A stretch of DNA of 64,000 nucleotides, taken from positions 960,001-1,024,000 of the forward strand of contig CBDCNQ010000004.1 in NCBI GenBank assembly GCA_965219445.1, given 5' to 3'. The first letter of the stretch is position 1. Each line of letters starts with the position of its first letter. Both the position numbers and the translations under genes were made by a program. The notes beneath the pieces were generated by a model. The model did no database searches. It saw nothing but the letters and a program-made list of their open reading frames with translations, and was not told the origin of the DNA. Positions 50,994 through 58,972 of the stretch are shown in pieces. Source of the DNA: Longimicrobiales bacterium. GTDB taxonomy: Bacteria > Gemmatimonadota > Gemmatimonadetes > Longimicrobiales > Gaopeijiaceae.

Positions 50994-51848
50994 TCAAGAA
51001 AACCTCGATCGATTCGTGAGATACGCGAGTCGCGAGGAAAGGTCGGCCTGGGAGATGTCCTTCAGCTCCGGGGACAGGGAGCCGAGCAGTCCGTCTAACG
51101 CCTCGGTGGCAAAAGAGAAACCGGTCCGCGGAGGTTTCCGTGGTTTTGCCCCCGTCACCACTCCGGCTGTCGCTCGAAGCCTCATGTCCACCAAACGATG
51201 ATCGAAGTACGCTCCGTCGAATCGATTCTCGCACTCGACCACGAGGTTTCGCATGGCCGACAGCCCGTGCGGAAGGTCCGCCGGCAACGTCGAGAAGCTC
51301 GTGATTTCCTGGACGATCGAGATTCGCAACAGCCCGTCGTCCAGCCACGCGTAGAAGTCGAGAAACGGCGGGGTGGCGAACTCGGCATGACCTGCATCCG
51401 GATTCCGTCGTGGGGCCACCTCCACGTGTCCCCAACTCGATATCCGTGAAGCGAGCGGTCTTACGGGCACCTTCGCATCCTGGACGTCGACTCGCGGCCG
51501 GCAAACCACCGCCGTGGTAGGAGCGTCGTAAGCGATCGTCCTTTCCGAATCGTCACGCTCAAAACGCAGCCCCTCGTCGGTGAAGACGAACGACTCTGAG
51601 GGATTCTGTGGAGGAATCTCGACGAGGTCCGTTCCCGTGACGAGGGCGATGCTGAGGCCAGCGGCCTCGAGGGCCGCAGCAGTATCCGAGAGCCTAGCCT
51701 CGTCGTCCTCCGCGAACCAGATCTCGGGCAAGCCGTAGTTGGCCTTCATCCGCACTTCGGCCACAGTGAGACCGAAGTAGCACGCCGCCTCGGCCGCGTC
51801 CACGTCGCCATGCGGTGGGTCGGAGATGAGCAGGTAGCGAGCGCTCAT
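50994..51848 (-). CDS. Hypothetical protein
   Basis: Clean ORF with RBS; no recognisable motif. Confidence 0.6.
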   Translation of the reverse strand: MSARYLLISDPPHGDVDAAEAACYFGLTVAEVRMKANYGLPEIWFAEDDEARLSDTAAALEAAGLSIALVTGTDLVEIPPQNPSESFVFTDEGLRFERDDSERTIAYDAPTTAVVCRPRVDVQDAKVPVRPLASRISSWGHVEVAPRRNPDAGHAEFATPPFLDFYAWLDDGLLRISIVQEITSFSTLPADLPHGLSAMRNLVVECENRFDGAYFDHRLVDMRLRATAGVVTGAKPRKPPRTGFSFATEALDGLLGSLSPELKDISQADLSSRLAYLTNRSRFS

Positions 51849-52079
51849 GTCGACCACTTCCCGTTCACTCTACGTGCTTGGGACATCACGACCTCCGGAG
51901 AAAGCCCTTCAGGGTGCTTCCAAAAGATGGAGCTGTTCCAAGGGCTCATGCAAGGAATTCATGCTGGAATTCACCGTGTCTCCGAGCAGCCGCCGCGAAT
52001 GGGCATTTTTTTTCCTCATTTCGGCACAAGATGCTCCATAATCTGCGTTGGACGGGACCTTGCGAGTATGGTACCGGCC

Positions 52080-52095
52080 TGGCACACATCTGGCA
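52080..52095 (+). promoter_or_regulatory. Sigma54 (-24/-12) promoter upstream of the riboswitch
   Basis: TGGCACACATCTGGCA is GG-N10-GC. The predicted TSS is ~52106, about 30 nt before the aptamer. Confidence 0.62.
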
Positions 52096-52135
52096 GATAC
52101 CCTTCTGGTCGCATCGGGGCCGCCTGATGTCGATA

Positions 52136-52230
52136 GTGCTGCTCAGAGCAAAACCGCCGAAAGGCGGTGACGCAGAGCTACGGGGCCTAAGTGATCGTCT
52201 CAGATCACCCGGCCAGCCGGGCCGCCAGCC
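52136..52230 (+). ncRNA. GEMM-I (c-di-GMP-I family) riboswitch, A20 variant (cGAMP-type signature)
   Basis: P1 GCUG/CAGC (52138-41/52226-29); GCAAA; P2 ACCGCC-GAAA-GGCGGU; GACGCA; P3 with CCUAAG receptor and GUGAUC/GAUCAC hairpin; 3' AGCCGGGCCGCC. Confidence 0.9.
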
Positions 52231-52271
52231 AATCCTGAACTAGAAGGCAGGAGGAACTGGCGGCCCGTTTT
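52218..52271 (+). terminator. Riboswitch expression-platform terminator
   Basis: CGGGCCGCCAG (52218-28) pairs perfectly with CTGGCGGCCCG (52257-67), with inner TCCTG/CAGGA pairing, followed by TTTT. Confidence 0.75.
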
Positions 52272-52336
52272 GCTGGCCCCCTTCGGAGACCAAGAAGGAA
52301 GTCTCAAGGGCATTATCACCGACATCGGGTCATGAG

Positions 52337-52825
52337 ATGCAGAGGGAGAGAATTGGACGGAGCGGCTACTCGCTACTGGAGATGGTCGCCATACTCCTCG
52401 TCCTCGGGGGCTTCACGGGAGCGGCAGTCCCGAGGATGCGTGGCGCCTGGGAGCAGTTCGCAGTCGCGGGGGCCGCCGATCAGTTCATATCGGCGCATCA
52501 CAAGGCGCGCACTGCGGCGGTACGATTCGGCGCCGTGTCCGAACTTCATATCGACGCTTCCGCGGATCGGTTCTGGGTCCAGATCGACACGACGGCTTCC
52601 AGGTCCGGCGTCATGGATACCATAGGCGAGGTCGTCGACTTGAGTGAGAGCCGGGTGGACTTGAGGGCCACCAGGTCTCTGCTCTGCTTCGACCCGCGGG
52701 GACTCGTCGCCGCCGCAGCCGGATGTCCAACCACGGGATCTCTTGCTATCGGCTTCTCTCGCGGAAGCTCGTCGGACACGCTGAGTGCAACCGCGTCGGG
52801 GCTCCTGTTCAAGGCCTCTCAATGA
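52337..52825 (+). CDS. FimT/GspH-like minor pilin
   Basis: SG|YSLLE prepilin site; ARTAAV and FDPRG motifs. Confidence 0.82.
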   Translation: MQRERIGRSGYSLLEMVAILLVLGGFTGAAVPRMRGAWEQFAVAGAADQFISAHHKARTAAVRFGAVSELHIDASADRFWVQIDTTASRSGVMDTIGEVVDLSESRVDLRATRSLLCFDPRGLVAAAAGCPTTGSLAIGFSRGSSSDTLSATASGLLFKASQ

Positions 52826-53184
52826 GTACCCGCACGACGACGTCGGGGCCCGAGGCTGGTGTCTCCATCGTGGAGGTGCTGATCGCCTTGGTCATCTTCA
52901 CGATGGGAACGCTTGCGGCCGCCCAGCAGACGCTCGCCTCCCGGCAACAGGCCAGGGCCGGGGAGATCATCACCGAGGCCGCCGCAGCGGCGCAGTACCA
53001 GATGGAGACCCTGCGCTCGCTTCCTCTAGATGGTCTCGTTTCCGACTCGGACACGGTGTGGGGATTTCCGATCAGCTGGACGGTCTCGGGTACCGCCCCC
53101 AAGGTCATCGTCCTCGCCATAGAACGCCCTTCCGTTCTCAGCGGCACGACCGTGGACACGCTCGTAACCTACGCCGCATGGTAA
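52822..53184 (+). CDS. PilV-like minor pilin
   Basis: AG|VSIVEVLIAL; ATGA overlap with the preceding gene. Confidence 0.8.
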   Translation: MSTRTTTSGPEAGVSIVEVLIALVIFTMGTLAAAQQTLASRQQARAGEIITEAAAAAQYQMETLRSLPLDGLVSDSDTVWGFPISWTVSGTAPKVIVLAIERPSVLSGTTVDTLVTYAAW

Positions 53185-53191
53185 GGAACCA

Positions 53192-54055
53192 ATGAGCGCC
53201 CCTCGACCTCGTCGTGTGATCCCAGCGGGTGCTGGAGGATTCACATTGATGGAGATGCTGGTCACACTGGTCGTGGCCAGCCTGCTAGCGGCCGCGTCGT
53301 TCACGATCCTCGGCTCCCAGGTGGCCCTCTATACCGTGCAAAACGCCAAGCTGGGAACTCAGATAAGCCTACGTACAGGGGCCGGCATGCTGTCGTGGGC
53401 CATCCAGGAAGCGTCCGCTACAGGGGGCGACCTGACGACCCTCGGCACCAACAGCGTGACCATGAGGGCGGTCCACGCCAGCGGGATCATCTGCTCTACG
53501 AGCACCCAGTGGCTGGGCGTTCACGACGTATCGGGGCAGTTCGCCGCAAGTGACAGCGTGCTGACGTACTCCATTCAGAATGACAATTGGAACATCGTAG
53601 AAGTGGCGGACACCGACACGACGATATCCGGATTGGCCACAAAGACGCCAGACTGCTTCTGGGGAGACACGACCAGTGCGCCCAACCCCGAGGTCGCCGT
53701 CGACCTGGCGGGTGCACCGACAATCATCGACAGCCTCTTGGTGGGCTCGCCCATCCGCGCCTTCCACGTGGTCCAGTTCGGTCTCGAGGAAGTGAACGGG
53801 AGATATTGGCTCGTACAGAGAGTCTCGGGAACCGCCGCTCCGGAGAGGCTGGCCGGACCGCTCATGAGTCCCGCCAACGAGGGGTTGGTCTTCAGCTACT
53901 ACGACGCGACCGGCGCCCCGACCATCACGCCGTCGGAGGTCGCCACCATCGACATCCTCCTCAAGGCCGAAAGTATGGAGGACCTGTCCGCCTATGTGAG
54001 TTCGGGTACCCTCGCGGACACGCTCCGCCTCAGGGTGAACGTGCGCAACAACTAG
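53192..54055 (+). CDS. PilW-like minor pilin
   Basis: GG|FTLME; C-terminal FSYYD...VNVRN. Confidence 0.82.
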   Translation: MSAPRPRRVIPAGAGGFTLMEMLVTLVVASLLAAASFTILGSQVALYTVQNAKLGTQISLRTGAGMLSWAIQEASATGGDLTTLGTNSVTMRAVHASGIICSTSTQWLGVHDVSGQFAASDSVLTYSIQNDNWNIVEVADTDTTISGLATKTPDCFWGDTTSAPNPEVAVDLAGAPTIIDSLLVGSPIRAFHVVQFGLEEVNGRYWLVQRVSGTAAPERLAGPLMSPANEGLVFSYYDATGAPTITPSEVATIDILLKAESMEDLSAYVSSGTLADTLRLRVNVRNN

Positions 54056-54077
54056 CGTGTTCTGGAGAGTCGAGCAG

Positions 54078-54140
54078 ATGCCAAAACCAGTCACCACGAT
54101 GCCAAGATCGGCCACAGCAATGCCGAGACCCGGCACCACG
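54078..54140 (+). repeat. Three 21-bp ATG-initiated repeats
   Basis: Encode MPKPVTT/MPRSATA/MPRPGTT. Confidence 0.7.
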
Positions 54141-55406
54141 TGGATCCATGACAGAGCCTCGCGCAGACGGAGCGAGGGCTTCGCGCTGCCCGTCGTGATC
54201 TTCGCTCTGGTACTGCTCGGGGTGATTGGCAGCGCAGCGCTCCGGACCTCTCGCGACGAGCTCCTCTCGGCAAAGGCCGTGAACTCCTCCAGTCAGGCGT
54301 TCTACGCCGCTGAAGCCGGCATCCACAGCGCTCTTTCGAACTGGGACCAGCTGGCCATGGACACCTTGATGCCCCTGCCCGGGGATAGTCTCGTGGAATC
54401 GTGGATGACGATCGAAAACCGCTGTAGCTATCAGCTCGTATATCGCCGGATCGACGGTGGTGACGTGCCCGAGCAACTCTACTCCGTCGAGTCCATAGGT
54501 CGGAGCCCTGGCCTAAACAGGGGAAGGCGCCGGATCGGCGTCGTCGTAAGGAGCAGGATCGGCATCGGTGCCGCCCTCATGTTCGGAGGTGACGTGGCGC
54601 TCTCAGGCAACCCGACCATCCTAGGGGAGTGCCCGGATATCCACACCAACGGCGACCTGGATATCAGCGGGACCACGACGATAGCCACGGTATCTGGCAA
54701 TGTGACTGCCTCAGGCACGGCGTTTGTCGGGGGCACACTGCAGGACACGCTCGGAAACGCGGTCACTCCGACGTCCAGCGCACCCCAGCAGCCCGTCCCC
54801 GATCTCGATCCCACCGACTACTGCGGCGAAGCGGATTACATTTTCACCGGCACTCTCGCGACCGAGGTCGCCACGATGACCACCAGGGACCTCGCCCTCG
54901 GGACCTGGTGGGGTTGGAAATGGAGCGGCGGCACCTACACGACGGACAACGACAACGTCGCGTCCGGTGTCTATTGCATGGACAACGACGTCGAGATCTC
55001 CAACCAACTCGGCTCGCCCAGTACTCCCCTGGCCATCACGATCCTCACGACCAAGTCGGTAACCATTCCTGGGGATCCTTACATGGTCCCCGCCCACCCG
55101 GACAGCATTCTCATTGTGGCCGACGGGGACCTGAAGCTCAATGGGAGTCCGGCGAGCGGTGACCAGAACTACGAGGGGCTGGCCTACGCGGGCTCCCAAT
55201 GCGAAGTCTCCGGCACCCCGGTGATGTTCGGGCAACTGGTCTGCCGAAACGACCCCAATCCTGTCGGCAGTGAGGATTGGGTAGATGAAAACAAGGTCAG
55301 CGGTGACCTGAGGCTGACCTACAATTGTGGCGGAATACTCGGCGGGGGGGGGTCAGACCAATCAATGGACGAACGTGGAGCCACGTCTGGTAAGCCTGCG
55401 TCCTAA
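54078..55406 (+). CDS. PilX-like minor pilin (true stop may be 55393, depending on a G-tract)
   Basis: EG|FALPV (no Glu5) and AFYAAEAG motifs; beta-helix-like C-terminal domain. Confidence 0.82.
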   Translation: MPKPVTTMPRSATAMPRPGTTWIHDRASRRRSEGFALPVVIFALVLLGVIGSAALRTSRDELLSAKAVNSSSQAFYAAEAGIHSALSNWDQLAMDTLMPLPGDSLVESWMTIENRCSYQLVYRRIDGGDVPEQLYSVESIGRSPGLNRGRRRIGVVVRSRIGIGAALMFGGDVALSGNPTILGECPDIHTNGDLDISGTTTIATVSGNVTASGTAFVGGTLQDTLGNAVTPTSSAPQQPVPDLDPTDYCGEADYIFTGTLATEVATMTTRDLALGTWWGWKWSGGTYTTDNDNVASGVYCMDNDVEISNQLGSPSTPLAITILTTKSVTIPGDPYMVPAHPDSILIVADGDLKLNGSPASGDQNYEGLAYAGSQCEVSGTPVMFGQLVCRNDPNPVGSEDWVDENKVSGDLRLTYNCGGILGGGGSDQSMDERGATSGKPAS

Positions 55407-55591
55407 GCAGGCACAGAGAGGAACGCGGGGACACGGGCGATACAAAAAAAGGCTACCGCTGATACTCAGGTCACCAGATATCTTTCAATAGGACGTTCAA
55501 TCTGCGTCGTGGCGGTGGTGCACGGCTGTGATGGCCACGATCCACGCCACGGTCTTGTCTGGGGTCTAGAAACCCGCAGGAAGAGGAAGCC

Positions 55592-56164
55592 ATGGGGATC
55601 AGCGAATACGTGCTGCTCGGGTTGGTGGTCGTCACGGGCGTTTACTTGGTGACGATCTACAACAACCTCGTCCGCCTGAAGCATACTGTGACGAAGAACT
55701 GGTCGAACATCGACGTACTGCTGAAGCAACGGCACGACGAGCTCCCCAACCTCGTCGAGACGTGTAAAGGGTACATGAAGCACGAGAGGGAGACCCTCGA
55801 GGCCGTCATGAAGGCGAGGTCGGCGGTGGCGAGCGCACGGCAGGCAGGGAACGTAGCCGCGCTAGGGCCCGCCGAGGGCGCGCTCCGTATGGGCTTGGGC
55901 TCGCTGTTCGCGGTGGCCGAGGCGTACCCGGACCTCAAGGCGAACGAGTCCTTCAGACATGTCCAGACCAGAATCTCACAGCTCGAGAACGCCATCGCGG
56001 ACCGGCGCGAACTCTACAACGCGACGGTGAACAACCTGAACGTGAGGATCGAGCAGTTTCCCGATGTCTTCGTCGCTCGCAATCTGGGCTTTCAGGCTGC
56101 GGATCCGCTCGAGTTCGAAGAGCGGGAGTTGAAAAACGTCGACATGCAGCAGCTGTTCAGCTGA
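55592..56164 (+). CDS. lemA: LemA family protein
   Basis: YNNLV, WSNIDVLLKQRHD, AEAYPDLKAN and RRELYN motifs. Confidence 0.95.
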   Translation: MGISEYVLLGLVVVTGVYLVTIYNNLVRLKHTVTKNWSNIDVLLKQRHDELPNLVETCKGYMKHERETLEAVMKARSAVASARQAGNVAALGPAEGALRMGLGSLFAVAEAYPDLKANESFRHVQTRISQLENAIADRRELYNATVNNLNVRIEQFPDVFVARNLGFQAADPLEFEERELKNVDMQQLFS

Positions 56165-57102
56165 TGCTCGCGGAACTCACCTCCAACATCGGGACGCTGA
56201 GCCAGGGGCAGCTTGCGCTCCTGCTCCTCGTCCTCGCCGTCTTCACGGGAGTCGGGTTCTTCCTGTGGAAGAAGTCCTTCCAGCAAGCCCGTATGATGGA
56301 AGACATGCCCAGGTCCAAGATCCGCTCCGCCGCCCAGGGCTTCGTCGAGCTCTCAGGAATACAACACCCGCTCGAAGGCACTCCCCTGTCCGCCCCGCTG
56401 ACCGGAAGTGCATGCACTTGGTGGGACTACAAGATCGAGAAGAGGGAACAGACGAGGAACTCCAAAGGCCAAGACTCGACCAGCTGGGTCACCGTGGAGA
56501 AGGATACGAGCGTCGGCTTCTTCCACCTGAAGGACGAGACCGGCGAGATCCTCGTGAATCCGATCGGAGCCGACGTCACCGCTTCGTTGAGGAGGGTCTG
56601 GTACGGGGACGCGCGGCGACCCAACGGTGACAGTTCGTCCCGATTTGGAGCCAGCCTAAAAGGGCGGTACCGGTATACCGAGCGGATCATGCGCCCCGGC
56701 GAGCTCATCTACGGACTCGGCCACTTCGAGACGTGGAGCAACGTCCCAGGAACGCAGGAGCGCTCGAAAAAGCGGTCCGAAATCCTGGCCGGATGGAAGA
56801 TGGACGCCGACGAGCTCGTGCGCCGTTTCGACGCAGACGGGGATGGTCGTGTGGACGGAGACGAGTGGGAGAAAGCCCGCGAGGCCGCGCAAGCTCTCGT
56901 CGAGGAGCAGGTGACCGAGGCCGCGATGAGGCCCGACGTCGACGTTCTGATGAAGCCGGAAGACGACCACCCGTTCATCCTTTCCACGAAGAGCCAGGAT
57001 GAGCTCACCAAGGTGTATCGTTGGAAAGCGTTGGGCGGGCTCGTGTTGTTCCTCGCGGGGCTCGCGGCGGTCGGAGTCACGCTGAACGTCCGCTTCGGGT
57101 AA
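56164..57102 (+). CDS. GIDE-domain membrane protein with EF-hand-like loop
   Basis: PRSKIRSAAQGFVEL.G, APLTG..C.W, RYRYTE and DADGDGRVDGDE motifs; coupled to lemA. Confidence 0.8.
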   Translation: MLAELTSNIGTLSQGQLALLLLVLAVFTGVGFFLWKKSFQQARMMEDMPRSKIRSAAQGFVELSGIQHPLEGTPLSAPLTGSACTWWDYKIEKREQTRNSKGQDSTSWVTVEKDTSVGFFHLKDETGEILVNPIGADVTASLRRVWYGDARRPNGDSSSRFGASLKGRYRYTERIMRPGELIYGLGHFETWSNVPGTQERSKKRSEILAGWKMDADELVRRFDADGDGRVDGDEWEKAREAAQALVEEQVTEAAMRPDVDVLMKPEDDHPFILSTKSQDELTKVYRWKALGGLVLFLAGLAAVGVTLNVRFG

Positions 57103-57184
57103 TAGGCCTCACAAAAACCTTGCCCAATCGGCACGCTCCGTGGCGAGCTGCCTGGCCCCTCCCATCGCCATCGTCTCAACGATC

Positions 57185-57218
57185 TTGCCGCCCGACATGT
57201 CGCAGACGCATCTTGTCC
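57185..57218 (+). promoter_or_regulatory. Copy of the repeated promoter-like element
   Basis: TTGCCGCCCGACATGTCGCAGACGCATCTTGTCC. Confidence 0.6.
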
Positions 57219-57312
57219 AGACCCGTAACGAGCTAGCTCAGACGGTGATCGGCATTCTGGATAGTGAGCGAGAACGGTCCCGGCTTATCGTCTTTTCGAA
57301 CCGGGAGGTGAC

Positions 57313-58848
57313 ATGTCCATGCGAGATCCGTTCGTCATCGTCCTGCTTCTCACCTTGGGGGCCGCCGGCGAGGGTCGGGCGCAGATCACCGATCCGATCC
57401 CGGCGCGGATCGAGAAGCGCGGCCTCATGGTCGAGATCCGGGACGTCGCCCGTCTACCGATGACCCGCGGGATGCGTCCCCCCGATCAGGACGTGAACCC
57501 GGCGGGCTGGGCGCGCGTGAGCTTCGTGCGCGAGCTTTCCGACGGTCGCCGTTTCGCCAACGACTCACGCGGCTTCTTGTACCTGCTCGAGGGCGGCGAC
57601 CGGCCTACCCTCTACCTGGACTTCGCAGCCGCCTTCCCGTTCGCGATCTACAGCCGTCTGGCGAGCGGCTTCATCGGATTCGACTTCCACCCGGAATTCG
57701 CTCGCAACGGACTCTTCTACACCGTCCACGCCGAGTATGCGGCGGGCAACCCCGTCATTCCCGACTTCATCCCGCCGGGCTTCACACCGGCCGACGTCAC
57801 CCACCACAACGTCATCACCGAGTGGCGCGCGACGAATCCGGGCGCAAGCCGCTTCGAGGGCACCCGGCGCGAGCTGCTCCGTGTGGCCCACGTCGTCGCG
57901 AACCTGACCCACCCGTTCGGTTACGTGGGGTTCGACCCGACCGCGCGCCCCGGCGAGCCGGACTACGGCCTGCTGTACACGAGCGGCAGCGACCTGGGGT
58001 TCAGTAACGGCGGCGGGCCGAACGCGAACAATCCGAGCCAGGTCCAGCGTCTGGACACCGTCGTCGGCGCGATCCTGCGCATCGATCCGCGCACTCCTGC
58101 GGAGTCGGGCGGCACGAAGGGGCTCGGCGACTACACGATTCCCGCAATCAACCCGTTCGCCTCCGACGGCGACCCGAGCACGCTCGGCGAGATCTACGCG
58201 TACGGGTTCCGTAACGCCCACAGGCTCTCTTGGGACCCGATGGACCGGACGATGTTCGCGTCGGACATCGGCATGAACAACATCGAGGAAATCAACATCG
58301 TGCGCGCAGGCCAGAACTACGGCTGGATGCGCCGCGAAGGGTACTTCGAGAACGGCGTGACCCGCCCCGGCGGTGCGCTGCGGGAGCTGTTCCCCCTGCC
58401 TGCTGATGTCCTGGACGGGCGGACGGAGGATGAGTTCACCTATCCGGTGGCGATGTACGACCACAACGACGGCCAGGTCGTGTCCGGAGGATTCGCCTAT
58501 TACGGCCGGATCGAAGCGCTCCGGGACAAGTTCGTGTTCGGCGACCTCGTGCGCGGCCGGATCTTGGCCGTCGATCTCGCCGCGATGAAGGCGGCCGATG
58601 ACGGCATTCCGCGCACGGTGGCGCCCATCGAGGAGATCCAGCTCTACGTGCGCAACTCGAGCGGCGACCGCGTCTACGTGTCGTTCCGGGAGCTGGTCGA
58701 AGCGGCGAACGGCGCCACCGCCCGACGCGCCGACATGCACATCACCATCAGCGGCGACGGCGAGCTTTTCATCACGTCCCGGCAGGACGGCATGATCCGC
58801 ATGCTCGTCCCGGACTCGGGTATGGAGGCGGCAAACAGCGGAAGGTGA
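57313..58848 (+). CDS. Glucose/sorbosone (PQQ-dependent sugar) dehydrogenase family protein
   Basis: FHPEF..NGLFY, GAILRIDP, EIYAYGFRNAHR, EEIN and NYGW motifs. Confidence 0.87.
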   Translation: MSMRDPFVIVLLLTLGAAGEGRAQITDPIPARIEKRGLMVEIRDVARLPMTRGMRPPDQDVNPAGWARVSFVRELSDGRRFANDSRGFLYLLEGGDRPTLYLDFAAAFPFAIYSRLASGFIGFDFHPEFARNGLFYTVHAEYAAGNPVIPDFIPPGFTPADVTHHNVITEWRATNPGASRFEGTRRELLRVAHVVANLTHPFGYVGFDPTARPGEPDYGLLYTSGSDLGFSNGGGPNANNPSQVQRLDTVVGAILRIDPRTPAESGGTKGLGDYTIPAINPFASDGDPSTLGEIYAYGFRNAHRLSWDPMDRTMFASDIGMNNIEEINIVRAGQNYGWMRREGYFENGVTRPGGALRELFPLPADVLDGRTEDEFTYPVAMYDHNDGQVVSGGFAYYGRIEALRDKFVFGDLVRGRILAVDLAAMKAADDGIPRTVAPIEEIQLYVRNSSGDRVYVSFRELVEAANGATARRADMHITISGDGELFITSRQDGMIRMLVPDSGMEAANSGR

Positions 58849-58972
58849 GGCGGGGTGGCTCGGGACGGATCGCGGCCGGATCTCAGGCTCGCTTGAGGTC
58901 CCATAGGCCCCTTTTCTTTGCCGACGATCACCGCGCCTTCGGCGAAGACGCGAAGCCAGGGGACCGGGCGGG

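Noticed and set aside
840..58740. Many long antisense or alternate-frame ORFs (e.g. 840..1874, 11721..13196, 37712..38851, 57565..58740)
   Set aside because: They are shadows of well-supported genes, as expected in high-GC DNA, and carry no motifs.
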